From sequence record NC_091964.1: DNA of 32,000 bases. One strand, written 5' to 3'. This stretch comes from Serratia phage PCH45. The notes beneath the pieces are model-generated. The model did not search any database and had not been told where the DNA came from. It was given only the letters and a program-made list of their open reading frames with translations. Positions 15,905 through 24,169 of the stretch are shown here, piece by piece. The position numbers and the translations under genes are program-made. Positions within the stretch are counted from its first letter, which is position 1. The number at the start of each line of letters is the position of its first letter.

Positions 15905-17047
15905 ATGTCAGACGTAATGAATATTATTGGTAGTATGGACGTAGTAGAGCATATTGCATTCACGGATAAGGAAGTGCTTGATCTGTTTTATCAAGGATTG
16001 ACAGAACGTACACACGGTCATTACCTTAGCTATATCAAAGGTCCGGTGAAGATTACTCTTACTGGGGAACTTACCGCCGAGATCAAGGGTAAGATCATCG
16101 ACGTAGCACCCGCATATGTCATGTCGGTGATGATGCAGCACCCGAGCAGCTTAGCTATTGAATCAGCAGCTAAGTATGTTAAGGATAAGTACGGGTTTGA
16201 AACCAAGAACGTGGAAGGGGAGATTTGTCCTACCATCACCTTAACAGACGATGTCATTGCTGGACTGATGCGTCATTACCCGGAGATCGCAGAAAAGGTA
16301 CGGTCTTTAGCAGAATCAAAAGTGAACTTCATGGGCGGTCGGAAGTTCCTTAACCGTGGGAGACTGGCCCCTTTAGGATCAAAGTTAGTTAACCTTGACC
16401 AATCAGGGATTACTGTTGAACTCACTCCTCCCTCTGACCTTGATTCTTTTGCGTTAACGCTCGCCGGTAATCGTCCAGTATGGCAACCTAACAAACTCAT
16501 CAGTGAAGGTTTTGCTTTTGCTGACGGTATATCGGATGAAACGTGGGAGCATCTTACAAAGTCCCCTGCCTGCGTTACCATGGTAGGCACGGACACTGTT
16601 ATGGTTACAGGTAAAGCAATTGACGTTTGTAACACGATGATGAGCTGTATGTTATCCTCAGGAGCATTACGCGCTAATATCGATAACGTGGGTAATCACC
16701 TGGCAGAGAAATACGGATTCCGTTATCCCGTTGACGGAGTTGCTCCTTGGATGGTGCGAACTACAGTCCGTCAGGGAAAAGCGTACAGTGCCCAGCCTCA
16801 GAAAGTGACGCCTTTCACATCCCCTCTCCAGCCTGTACAGGCAAAGTGGGAAGAGGGCTTCGTAGGGGAATCTGCTCCTAAGGAAGTGGAAGAGAAATAT
16901 GATCGCGCCGTTGAGATCTATAACGAGCTGAATTCCGCTAGACTACCCGGACCCGAACGCGCAGCGTTGTTAGCTGAAATGCAATCCATTACTAACTCAG
17001 GCGTATTGCTCTATGCATTGAAACGCCACCATTACGATGTTGAATAA
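15905..17047 (+). CDS. hypothetical protein, 380 aa, with an internal tandem domain duplication
   Basis: GGAGAAGAG SD. aa 48-100 and aa 223-273 align by eye: GKIIDVAPAYVMSVMM...KYVKDKYGFE against GKAIDVCNTMMSCML...NHLAEKYGFR. Confidence 0.75.
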   Translation: MSDVMNIIGSMDVVEHIAFTDKEVLDLFYQGLTERTHGHYLSYIKGPVKITLTGELTAEIKGKIIDVAPAYVMSVMMQHPSSLAIESAAKYVKDKYGFETKNVEGEICPTITLTDDVIAGLMRHYPEIAEKVRSLAESKVNFMGGRKFLNRGRLAPLGSKLVNLDQSGITVELTPPSDLDSFALTLAGNRPVWQPNKLISEGFAFADGISDETWEHLTKSPACVTMVGTDTVMVTGKAIDVCNTMMSCMLSSGALRANIDNVGNHLAEKYGFRYPVDGVAPWMVRTTVRQGKAYSAQPQKVTPFTSPLQPVQAKWEEGFVGESAPKEVEEKYDRAVEIYNELNSARLPGPERAALLAEMQSITNSGVLLYALKRHHYDVE

Positions 17048-17058
17048 GGATATGTTAA

Positions 17059-17271
17059 ATGCAACAGAAAAGTTTCAGGGAGGTGCTCGCACAGACTAAC
17101 CGTAAATATCTGCCCGTACAAGAACCAAAACAAAAAGAACAATACGCCGAACACATTACCTTGGAGGAGTTAATCACTCCCCAGGGTAGGCTTATGTCTG
17201 ATATAAATGCAATAAGAAGGAATCGTGGATGTTTCCTAACTTCAGAGGTCGAGATATGTCAACACTTTTGA
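17059..17271 (+). CDS. hypothetical small protein, 70 aa
   Basis: ATG lies 11 nt after the previous stop, with AAGGA upstream. Confidence 0.5.
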   Translation: MQQKSFREVLAQTNRKYLPVQEPKQKEQYAEHITLEELITPQGRLMSDINAIRRNRGCFLTSEVEICQHF

Positions 17272-17534
17272 GAGGGCCGAAGGTAAGTAGTCGTCATCAA
17301 ACTTACACTGAGGCAGCCAAAGCTATTATCGACTTCGGTCAAAAATCTGATGACGTCCGTAAAGTAGTACTGGGTCCTATTAGTAACTTTAAGGGGAAGA
17401 CAAAAAAATTAAAGCTTCGCCCTAACCAATCCGGCGTCCAGGTAGACGTACTTGCAAACAATCAAATGCAAATCATCTACCTGATAGGCGATACGGATAA
17501 GATAGTAACGGCGTTGGATAACTTCCAACTCTAA
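17256..17534 (+). CDS. hypothetical protein, 92 aa
   Basis: I prefer ATG 17256 (MSTLLRGPK), with GAGG 8 nt upstream. The track start 17229 is the alternative. Confidence 0.55.
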   Translation: MSTLLRGPKVSSRHQTYTEAAKAIIDFGQKSDDVRKVVLGPISNFKGKTKKLKLRPNQSGVQVDVLANNQMQIIYLIGDTDKIVTALDNFQL

Positions 17535-17582
17535 ATCGATTTCAGATATATATCACTTAGGTGAATAGATCCATTCAATTTC
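17530..17582 (+). promoter_or_regulatory. AT-rich promoter-like element, copy 3
   Basis: Starts 4 nt before the stop of gene 17256-17534 and precedes gene 17633. Near-duplicate of copy 2. Confidence 0.55.
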
Positions 17583-17632
17583 GCTTGGACTATTCACCTA
17601 ATTAATCTAACAATACACATTGAGGTGACATT

Positions 17633-17932
17633 ATGAAAACTGCAAACACTACTGAAGTAAAAATCGTTATTCCTTTCAACTACGATAAAGAACCAGGTCG
17701 TCTTCTGATCGACTTCAAAGACAAACTCTCTATCGACTTCGAAGGTGCTAACGTAGTAGAAGCTTATTACGCTTCTATGGCTGAAGAGATCGTTGTTCGT
17801 GCACATGTCGATAGCGAGCTGATTACAACGTTGATGAGCAAGTACCGTAAAGGCGAACCTGTAATCATCTTCGAAGAGAAGAATGTCGACAATGGTCGAC
17901 TGGAGGTCATCAACCGCGCAAAGTGGTTGTGA
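17633..17932 (+). CDS. hypothetical protein, 99 aa
   Basis: ATG after TGAGGTGA. First gene after promoter copy 17530-17582. Confidence 0.7.
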   Translation: MKTANTTEVKIVIPFNYDKEPGRLLIDFKDKLSIDFEGANVVEAYYASMAEEIVVRAHVDSELITTLMSKYRKGEPVIIFEEKNVDNGRLEVINRAKWL

Positions 17933-17978
17933 TCTTCTAACCATGAACGACTACGGTTCTGGAGATCAACTTATTTTT
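17930..17978 (+). terminator. possible weak terminator
   Basis: 8 bp stem TGATCTTC/GGAGATCA (one G-U pair) with a 23 nt loop, followed by ACTTATTTTT. Confidence 0.3.
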
Positions 17979-18092
17979 GGTCTAAGGGAGCCTCCTCCCA
18001 AAAGTGCTGTTTGGTATACACGACTCGATTAGTCAGTATACTAAACCGTACTTTGGCTAAAGGAGGTTTCTTGTAATTAAAAGATAGGTTAA

Positions 18093-18127
18093 GTATATAT
18101 TACCATAGTGAGCACTATCTGCTCAAT
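18093..18127 (+). promoter_or_regulatory. AT-rich promoter-like element, copy 4 (GTATATATTACCATAGTGA ... TCAAT)
   Basis: Contains TATATTAC, which matches the early-promoter consensus I recall for phiKZ. Lies upstream of gene 18150. Confidence 0.55.
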
Positions 18128-18149
18128 TCATTAACTAATGGAGTTTGAA

Positions 18150-18935
18150 ATGGAACGTAAGATCAAGCTGTTTAATATCAATGAGACTGGTAAAGGTCTG
18201 TCTAAAGAAAATCGCGAGTTCTGGGCTAGCGAACTTCGGACCGTAGTCGAAGAAAAGAAATTCGCCAACGATAACATGACGCTGGAAATTAAGTTGGTGC
18301 GACTCGAAAATATGGACGAAAAGAAAGGTCCGATCTTCGGGCTATCCATGGACTTAGTTACTAACGGTTATAGTGCTCGCTACGTCAGTAACTCTTACGT
18401 TGACAAACGTTTTACTAAGGAGCTGAGTCAAGCTATCGGTAATGTCGATAAAAGCAATCTGATTAACCTTACCGAGCAATTCATCTTCTGCGACCATAAT
18501 GGTAATGAGATCGAATTCGAACGTCAGATCTTCTCTCTTTTCGACGTACCCGAAGAGAAGAAAGAAGACCGTTCTGGGTTTGATCGTGCAGTGCCTCGGG
18601 CAGAACGTCAGCGTCGTGAAGCTACGGGTGATCGCAACAATCGCCCCGGTCGCTATCGCCATCGCGAAGATGACAAAGTATCACGCGAAGAAGATCATGA
18701 CTATCGCGGCCGGTTCGGTCATCGTAATTCAGAAGATCATCGTCGCAATGTTGTATCCAGCCAGGAGATCGCTAAACATCTGCTGAAGCCTGTCCTGGGT
18801 TACGACTGCACTCGTTCTTTCTTCCGGGAGAACGAAGTAGTTGGCGAGATCGATACTCTCGGCGCGAAATTCGACCGCGCAGATGGCGGCCAGGTTATTA
18901 CCCTGGTTGTTCAGATCAAGATCGAAGACATTTAA
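18150..18935 (+). CDS. hypothetical protein, 261 aa, with a central Arg/Asp/Glu/His-rich low-complexity segment
   Basis: ATG 18150 has GGAG 6 nt upstream; ATG 18138 is the alternative. The segment PEEKKEDRSGFDRAVPRAERQRREATGDRNNRPGRYRHREDDKVSREEDHDYRGRFGHRNSEDHRRN is flanked by regions that look ordered. Confidence 0.7.
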   Translation: MERKIKLFNINETGKGLSKENREFWASELRTVVEEKKFANDNMTLEIKLVRLENMDEKKGPIFGLSMDLVTNGYSARYVSNSYVDKRFTKELSQAIGNVDKSNLINLTEQFIFCDHNGNEIEFERQIFSLFDVPEEKKEDRSGFDRAVPRAERQRREATGDRNNRPGRYRHREDDKVSREEDHDYRGRFGHRNSEDHRRNVVSSQEIAKHLLKPVLGYDCTRSFFRENEVVGEIDTLGAKFDRADGGQVITLVVQIKIEDI

Positions 18936-18959
18936 TTTAATTTACTAGAGGATACTAGA

Positions 18960-19412
18960 ATGGAAAACCAAGAAATGAACTTTGAGCATGTACTGACCCG
19001 TAAATTCACTTTCGGCGACGCTTCTATCATTTACACTGACAATGGTAATAAGCGTAAAGCTGAACTGCGTTACAAAGGTCAACGCATGGCTCAATGGGAA
19101 GGAGATGATAACAACAAGTGGATTGCTTCCGCACTGTGCGACTTCGCTCGCCAGCTGCGTACCAAATCTTTTACTGGCCATACCAACTACGCCATCTTCT
19201 GTTGCATTGGTTATGCAATGGCTGAGAAAAACGTTGGTCGCTATTGGCATGAATATAATAACCCGAACGAGATCCAGGCAGCTATTGCAACCTGTCAGGC
19301 ACGTACTAGCCGTCTGTTCAAAGTACCGGGTAATAAATTACAAGATTATAATAAACCGGTCGCGGCTGCAATGCAGACCGTCGGCCAGCAGACACCTGCA
19401 CAACTTCACTAA
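18960..19412 (+). CDS. hypothetical protein, 150 aa
   Basis: ATG with AGAGGA SD. The overlapping 167 aa ORF in another frame looks like junk. Confidence 0.65.
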   Translation: MENQEMNFEHVLTRKFTFGDASIIYTDNGNKRKAELRYKGQRMAQWEGDDNNKWIASALCDFARQLRTKSFTGHTNYAIFCCIGYAMAEKNVGRYWHEYNNPNEIQAAIATCQARTSRLFKVPGNKLQDYNKPVAAAMQTVGQQTPAQLH

Positions 19413-19421
19413 TCCAGTTTC

Positions 19422-19445
19422 GCCCTGTCGTGAGGCAGGGCTTTT
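19422..19445 (+). terminator. possible terminator
   Basis: GCCCTG/CAGGGC stem followed by TTTT. Confidence 0.45.
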
Positions 19446-19492
19446 AACAGTTATACGCAAAGTTGCTATCACATTCGTTTTAGGGGTTATAA

Positions 19493-20200
19493 ATGAACAA
19501 ACAAGAAGTCGGGTCTATTTTGCCAAATCAAGCATGGATGTTTGATGGACTTGTCACTGACTCCGAAGGAGCAGAAGTCGGTATTCACCTCATTATGGAA
19601 GTCGAAGGAAAAGCCCCAGCCTATAAGGTGGTATTCCCCGACTATGAATTACTGGCTCCGGTTGGACTACGCACTTATAAGCCAATCGCCGCTATACCAC
19701 CAAATGAACTTAGCCTGAAGGGGAATTTCACCACAATACCAGGAACCATCGTAGCACAATTTGCTGACGGCACGGACCTGACCGCATTGGTATTACTCAA
19801 TGAGGATTCCGGCCTCAGCCCAACTGAACCCCCAATCGGGACCATCGCTATCAGAAATAACTCTAGTGTAACCGGTTCGGTCCGCTGGATTTATTCTGAA
19901 CCTAAACCCTGGCATGAGGTATTCGCTGAATACTTAAACCTCATTGCCTTTAAGACAAAAGGTAGGGAAAGTAGTATGTTTAACGAATCACGCGCAAAAC
20001 CACGGGAAGTATGTGTTGACCGGCCGCGTGCTGATGACCCTATGCAGCAGAAAGCTATGGCGGCTAAAGAAATGATCGAGTCTTTCTTCGGGAACGGGGA
20101 CTTTGTACTCAACCTCAATCTGGAAGGACGTACTCTCGCAAATGGTGATCGGGAGCTCACCGGCGGTTTTACTTTCACGATTAAAGGTGAAAGCGAATAA
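19493..20200 (+). CDS. hypothetical protein, 235 aa
   Basis: ATG after TAGGGG. The frame is clean. Confidence 0.7.
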   Translation: MNKQEVGSILPNQAWMFDGLVTDSEGAEVGIHLIMEVEGKAPAYKVVFPDYELLAPVGLRTYKPIAAIPPNELSLKGNFTTIPGTIVAQFADGTDLTALVLLNEDSGLSPTEPPIGTIAIRNNSSVTGSVRWIYSEPKPWHEVFAEYLNLIAFKTKGRESSMFNESRAKPREVCVDRPRADDPMQQKAMAAKEMIESFFGNGDFVLNLNLEGRTLANGDRELTGGFTFTIKGESE

Positions 20201-20205
20201 GTTAC

Positions 20206-20406
20206 ATGTTCAGTAAAGAAGAACTTCATCCAGATGCACTTTTGGATATGCTGACCCGCCCTCGGGAGGCTGGAATACCACTTGTAATCTGCCTCCCGGA
20301 CAACACTCACATTGAGGAATACTCAGAAAATGGAAGAAGAACTCATGTTCAACATCGACGCGATCAATCCGCATCAACCGAAAGCAGTAGTGTACAGCAG
20401 CGATAA
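20206..20406 (+). CDS. doubtful small ORF, 66 aa
   Basis: No good SD within range. The last 25 codons run out of frame into the next gene and look non-coding. Confidence 0.3.
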   Translation: MFSKEELHPDALLDMLTRPREAGIPLVICLPDNTHIEEYSENGRRTHVQHRRDQSASTESSSVQQR

Positions 20407-20827
20407 CAAGGAGCGTTGCGTAATACAGCTCGGTCGATCTATCCACTTGTGGCATATCGATCTGGTGCTGGCAGCCTATCGTCTCTATTGGACTGGCGAA
20501 GGTAAACGCGATGCTTCCCTGAACGAAGAGGATGGTATTACTTACATAGCACCACCTGGTGTTAAAGATACTTCGAAAGATATGGCCACGCTTGCAAAGC
20601 GGATTATAAATGCAGTTTGTCGGAATGGTCGCTACGACCAACCAAACCTTCTGCGTAAAATAAACGATGGTCGTTATATCCTTTTGAAACGAGACTTTAA
20701 GAAAGACGTTGAGATTTATGTAAGCGGCGGATATGAGAAGCCCTACTTCTTTGTCCGCCGTATAGACTCTGCTGACGTTATTCAAAACTTCAACAGATTC
20801 GAAGATGCTATGGCATACAGCCACTAA
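20330..20827 (+). CDS. hypothetical protein, about 165 aa
   Basis: ATG 20330 follows GAGGAA. ATG 20345 and the track TTG 20312 are alternatives. Confidence 0.65.
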   Translation: MEEELMFNIDAINPHQPKAVVYSSDNKERCVIQLGRSIHLWHIDLVLAAYRLYWTGEGKRDASLNEEDGITYIAPPGVKDTSKDMATLAKRIINAVCRNGRYDQPNLLRKINDGRYILLKRDFKKDVEIYVSGGYEKPYFFVRRIDSADVIQNFNRFEDAMAYSH

Positions 20828-20861
20828 ATAAACTTTACTAGAATTTCTAGGAGAATACGAA

Positions 20862-21200
20862 ATGAAAGACGCTACCCCTATGGTCCGCCCTCTGGCTGAT
20901 TCAGAGATTCAGATTAAAATGAATCGCCGTGAAGTGAAACGCGCATTTGACTACCTGACTGAAAAGTTAGCAGGTAAGATCAAACCGACCGTTGTGCTCG
21001 ACACCAATAACTATAGAACTTTCTTCAGCCACTTCACTGGCAAGGAGTATCGTTACGAACTCACTTGGAATGAAGCATTACGTCTTCACTCCTATTTGCG
21101 TTTCTATATCGAGCGAGATAAGAAGAATAAGATCTCTATCTCAATGTCACAGATCCGCAACTTCCCAATTTATGGTTTAAACGTCGTCAAGGAGTTTTAA
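20862..21200 (+). CDS. hypothetical protein, 112 aa
   Basis: ATG with TAGGAGAA SD. Confidence 0.7.
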   Translation: MKDATPMVRPLADSEIQIKMNRREVKRAFDYLTEKLAGKIKPTVVLDTNNYRTFFSHFTGKEYRYELTWNEALRLHSYLRFYIERDKKNKISISMSQIRNFPIYGLNVVKEF

Positions 21201-21201
21201 A

Positions 21202-21567
21202 ATGACCACCGCTAAAAAAGCACCACCATTCGCTGCCCAATTAAAGCTTGCTAAGTTAGCCGCAATTGCAGCTGGCGGTAGCGCAGAGAATGTCGAAGAA
21301 GATTTTGATAACTGGATCAGTATCCGTACTAATCCAGACGAAGGGGAATTAGCAATGTACTTAGCCCAGTACATCGCAACTGCTCAGCCAATTCCTCGTC
21401 CTGAGTTCCGTATGTCGTATTCGGAGTACGCTAACCTTACGTCTTTCCTTCCATCGAAAGGAGGTCGTGGTACAGTAGTCGCTCTGAAAAGAAACGAGAA
21501 TAACGATCTTCTGTTCGCCCTTGAAGGCGACACAAACATCACTCGCTTCGGTCAGCCGGAAGAATAG
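21202..21567 (+). CDS. hypothetical protein, 121 aa
   Basis: ATG lies 1 nt after the previous stop, with an AAGGAG SD. Terminator 21594-21623 follows. Confidence 0.7.
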   Translation: MTTAKKAPPFAAQLKLAKLAAIAAGGSAENVEEDFDNWISIRTNPDEGELAMYLAQYIATAQPIPRPEFRMSYSEYANLTSFLPSKGGRGTVVALKRNENNDLLFALEGDTNITRFGQPEE

Positions 21568-21593
21568 TTAAACCATGCTGTAAAAATTAAAGG

Positions 21594-21623
21594 AAAGAGG
21601 ATGTTCGCGCATCCTCTTTTTTT
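21594..21623 (+). terminator. intrinsic terminator
   Basis: 10 bp stem AAAGAGGATG/CATCCTCTTT that runs into a T-run. Confidence 0.7.
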
Positions 21624-21670
21624 ACTCTCGCGACGAATATAATGACCACTTATAAGAGGAAATAATAAGA

Positions 21671-22390
21671 ATGTTCTCCGGTAATGATTTTCCAAAGTAT
21701 CTGCGCAGTACTCCAATCTTAATGGAGAAGGATCATCCTTTTGCGCTGATGGAACCGAACTCAGGTAATCAGATTTTGCCTGAGCAATACAACACAGTTC
21801 TTTCACCTCGCCAACGTAAAGTAATCTCCGACCTGCAAATCTCCATTCGCGGTTGCGATACTTACGGTCAGCTTATTGACGTGCTGGAAAAACTGCGCGC
21901 TGATAAACCGGATGCTGTCGGTGAGGTTCTTCATCGTCTTCTTGAAGATGAAGATGGTAATTTTAACCTGGGCATGCAACTCGTACTGATTGGTGCGAAA
22001 GAAGACTTCGAAATCTTCTTAGCCACTGCTTTCAAGGTTAAGTTCGATCCGGAACTGTTCCAGGATATTTACCTGGACGAAGAGAGCCAGGAGGTCGATG
22101 ATCTCACCATGCTCTCGGTAACTGCTACTAATGCCATGACGATGTTAGTGCAGAACTGCGATATCGAAAACCCGTTGGTTATCATGGGTATCGAAGCTCA
22201 GTTGTCAGTACACGACGTAATCAACGAACAACGTTGGGCAGGCGTCAAGTGCGAACTCCTGGGCGGTATCCCGGCCGTTATTGTAATGCGTCGCTGGGGA
22301 TTGTTAAACAGCACCACTATTGTTGAACACGGCGTAGATGAAAACGCCATCTTCAGCGATCTGGTAGAAAGTCTTCTGGAAGGTAAGTAA
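21671..22390 (+). CDS. hypothetical acidic protein, 239 aa
   Basis: ATG with AAGAGGAAA SD. Confidence 0.7.
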   Translation: MFSGNDFPKYLRSTPILMEKDHPFALMEPNSGNQILPEQYNTVLSPRQRKVISDLQISIRGCDTYGQLIDVLEKLRADKPDAVGEVLHRLLEDEDGNFNLGMQLVLIGAKEDFEIFLATAFKVKFDPELFQDIYLDEESQEVDDLTMLSVTATNAMTMLVQNCDIENPLVIMGIEAQLSVHDVINEQRWAGVKCELLGGIPAVIVMRRWGLLNSTTIVEHGVDENAIFSDLVESLLEGK

Positions 22391-22876
22391 ATGAGCGAAA
22401 TAAAGAAAGAGATCCTCGATGATATCGAGATCATTCTTGGTGACAACGTAGCTATTGTCGACGACTCTAGTTACATTTGGGACGGGGAACACCATCGTGC
22501 GCCGATGGAGCAGGAAGCAACTGCTAAAGACCAAACTCCCATCTTTGTCATGCTGCCGTTTATGATCAAACAGCTCGAGCGTCCCGAAGTTGAATTGATC
22601 ATTATTGACGGCACCGAAGACCGCTTCCAGATCGCAGCTAAGACTGCGGATGGGATCGAGATCTTCACCGCTCACGACATTGCCTTCACGCAACGTCTAG
22701 CTGGGGAAAAAATAAAGACCAATTTGGCTCTTTATTTCAAGACTTATTATTTGCTAAGGTATTATCTCCTTGGCGGTAGTAAAAAATACGCAGTAACAAA
22801 ACTAAATGAGGGCTTTGTGGTTTACGCCAGCGATCCGGAAAAACCGGTTGTCTGGGCGGGACACAAAGTTTACTAA
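22391..22876 (+). CDS. hypothetical protein, 161 aa
   Basis: ATG directly abuts the previous TAA, with GGAAGG upstream. Confidence 0.7.
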   Translation: MSEIKKEILDDIEIILGDNVAIVDDSSYIWDGEHHRAPMEQEATAKDQTPIFVMLPFMIKQLERPEVELIIIDGTEDRFQIAAKTADGIEIFTAHDIAFTQRLAGEKIKTNLALYFKTYYLLRYYLLGGSKKYAVTKLNEGFVVYASDPEKPVVWAGHKVY

Positions 22877-22942
22877 GCTCTCTAAATCCCCAGCCAATGG
22901 AGCAGGTAGCGTAGCCTGCTCCAGTAACAGAGGACGAAAAGA

Positions 22943-23602
22943 ATGAACCTTAAATGGTTTTTATTACCCGTATTGCTTGTAATGAGCTTCGGGATTTTGG
23001 CTTCAACCAGCACCTCGACTGTTAAGTTTAACGAGAAGGGATGGAACAAGCACCGTAACGCTATCACAAGCGCTGCATACCGTACCAATCAACCTGTCGA
23101 TGCCTTGGCTGCATTTGCCAGTATCGAAACAACCATGGGGTTATCCAAAGACAGAAAAGGTTTGTTCCAATTCGTCGATCGTACCTGGCGTGATCAGGTT
23201 AAGCGAAATGGAAAGAAGTATGGGATTCGTATAGGAACACCGCAGACCAATGCACGTGCTAATGCACTCATGGCTGCCGAGTATATGCGAGAGAATCGAG
23301 AATACCTCGAACGCAAGCTCGGGCGAACAGTATCCCTATCCGAAATCTATATGGCGCATATGCTAGGAACATATGGCGCAGAAAAAATGCTGAAAGCTTC
23401 CAACGGAAAGCTAGCTAAAAATATCGTCCGCCCAGGCGGTAACAAAGCCTTCTTCTTTACGAAAGGAAAGGCTAGAACCGTCGGCCAATTTAAACAGTAT
23501 ATGGAGGCGTATGTAGAAAGACATGCGTCTACGTATCGACTAACCGCAGTGGCCTACATGGACACGCGTTTCGAATCTACCACACAGTTGGCAATGCGCT
23601 AA
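22943..23602 (+). CDS. secreted or membrane-tethered lytic transglycosylase (SLT-like), candidate endolysin
   Basis: N-terminal hydrophobic segment WFLLPVLLVMSFGILASTSTS. SLT motifs: the catalytic-type IETTMG, then GLFQFVDRTW, then AHMLGTYG in the AYNxG position. Confidence 0.6.
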   Translation: MNLKWFLLPVLLVMSFGILASTSTSTVKFNEKGWNKHRNAITSAAYRTNQPVDALAAFASIETTMGLSKDRKGLFQFVDRTWRDQVKRNGKKYGIRIGTPQTNARANALMAAEYMRENREYLERKLGRTVSLSEIYMAHMLGTYGAEKMLKASNGKLAKNIVRPGGNKAFFFTKGKARTVGQFKQYMEAYVERHASTYRLTAVAYMDTRFESTTQLAMR

Positions 23603-23657
23603 CTATTTTTGAAAAGGGGCCTTGGAGCCCCTTAACTTTAGTTGTCAAGGACTAGCG

Positions 23658-24155
23658 ATGAAAAAGAACTTTTTAGGTGTAGTAGTAGCATCTGTTTTAT
23701 CTTTAACCGCTTTCAACGCATCAGCGCAACAAGTTCAGATGAACGAATGGACACGTGCTGAAAAAGGCGACTCGTTAATCGTATTAAACGTTAACCGCCA
23801 GCACGACATCCTCTCAGTAAACTGCCAGGCCGGGGACACATGGATCTCCATCGAAACAAGCCTTGGTCAGTTAGTCTACCCGGACCCTGATGCACGTCCG
23901 GGAGATGATTCCTTGTCATTAGAGTTATTAGTCGTAACGAAAGACGGAACCCTCGTCCGTTGGACTAAAGACGACCTCGACTTTACCAAACCGAACGGGG
24001 CTGGACAACAGCGCGCCCAGATCCTGTTCGACTCTTTACACGAGGCCAAGAAAGTAGAAGCATTACTCGGTGGCGAAATCGTCATCCCATTTGAGGGCGC
24101 ACCTTCTAAAGCGTTTCCTAAATTCAAAGAAGTTGTAGGCTTTTGTAAAGCATAA
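23658..24155 (+). CDS. secreted (periplasmic) protein, 165 aa precursor
   Basis: Classic Sec signal MKKNFLGVVVASVLSLTAFNASA/QQ with no lipobox Cys. AAGGA lies 6 nt upstream. The track start at 23622 is an upstream extension. Confidence 0.65.
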   Translation: MKKNFLGVVVASVLSLTAFNASAQQVQMNEWTRAEKGDSLIVLNVNRQHDILSVNCQAGDTWISIETSLGQLVYPDPDARPGDDSLSLELLVVTKDGTLVRWTKDDLDFTKPNGAGQQRAQILFDSLHEAKKVEALLGGEIVIPFEGAPSKAFPKFKEVVGFCKA

Positions 24156-24169
24156 ACTGGAGCTGTATA

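Noticed and set aside
21638-21643. TATAAT hexamer upstream of gene 21671, considered as a sigma-70 -10 box
   Set aside because: The only -35-like hexamer (TTTACT) is 11 nt away, too close for a sigma-70 promoter. An isolated TATAAT is expected by chance in AT-rich intergenic DNA.
22899-22922. Hairpins GGAGCAGG-TAGCGTAG-CCTGCTCC (22899-22922) and AAGGGGC-CTTGGA-GCCCCTT (23614-23633), considered as terminators
   Set aside because: Neither is followed by a T-tract. They may be processing or stability elements or translational-coupling structures, but I cannot support calling them terminators.
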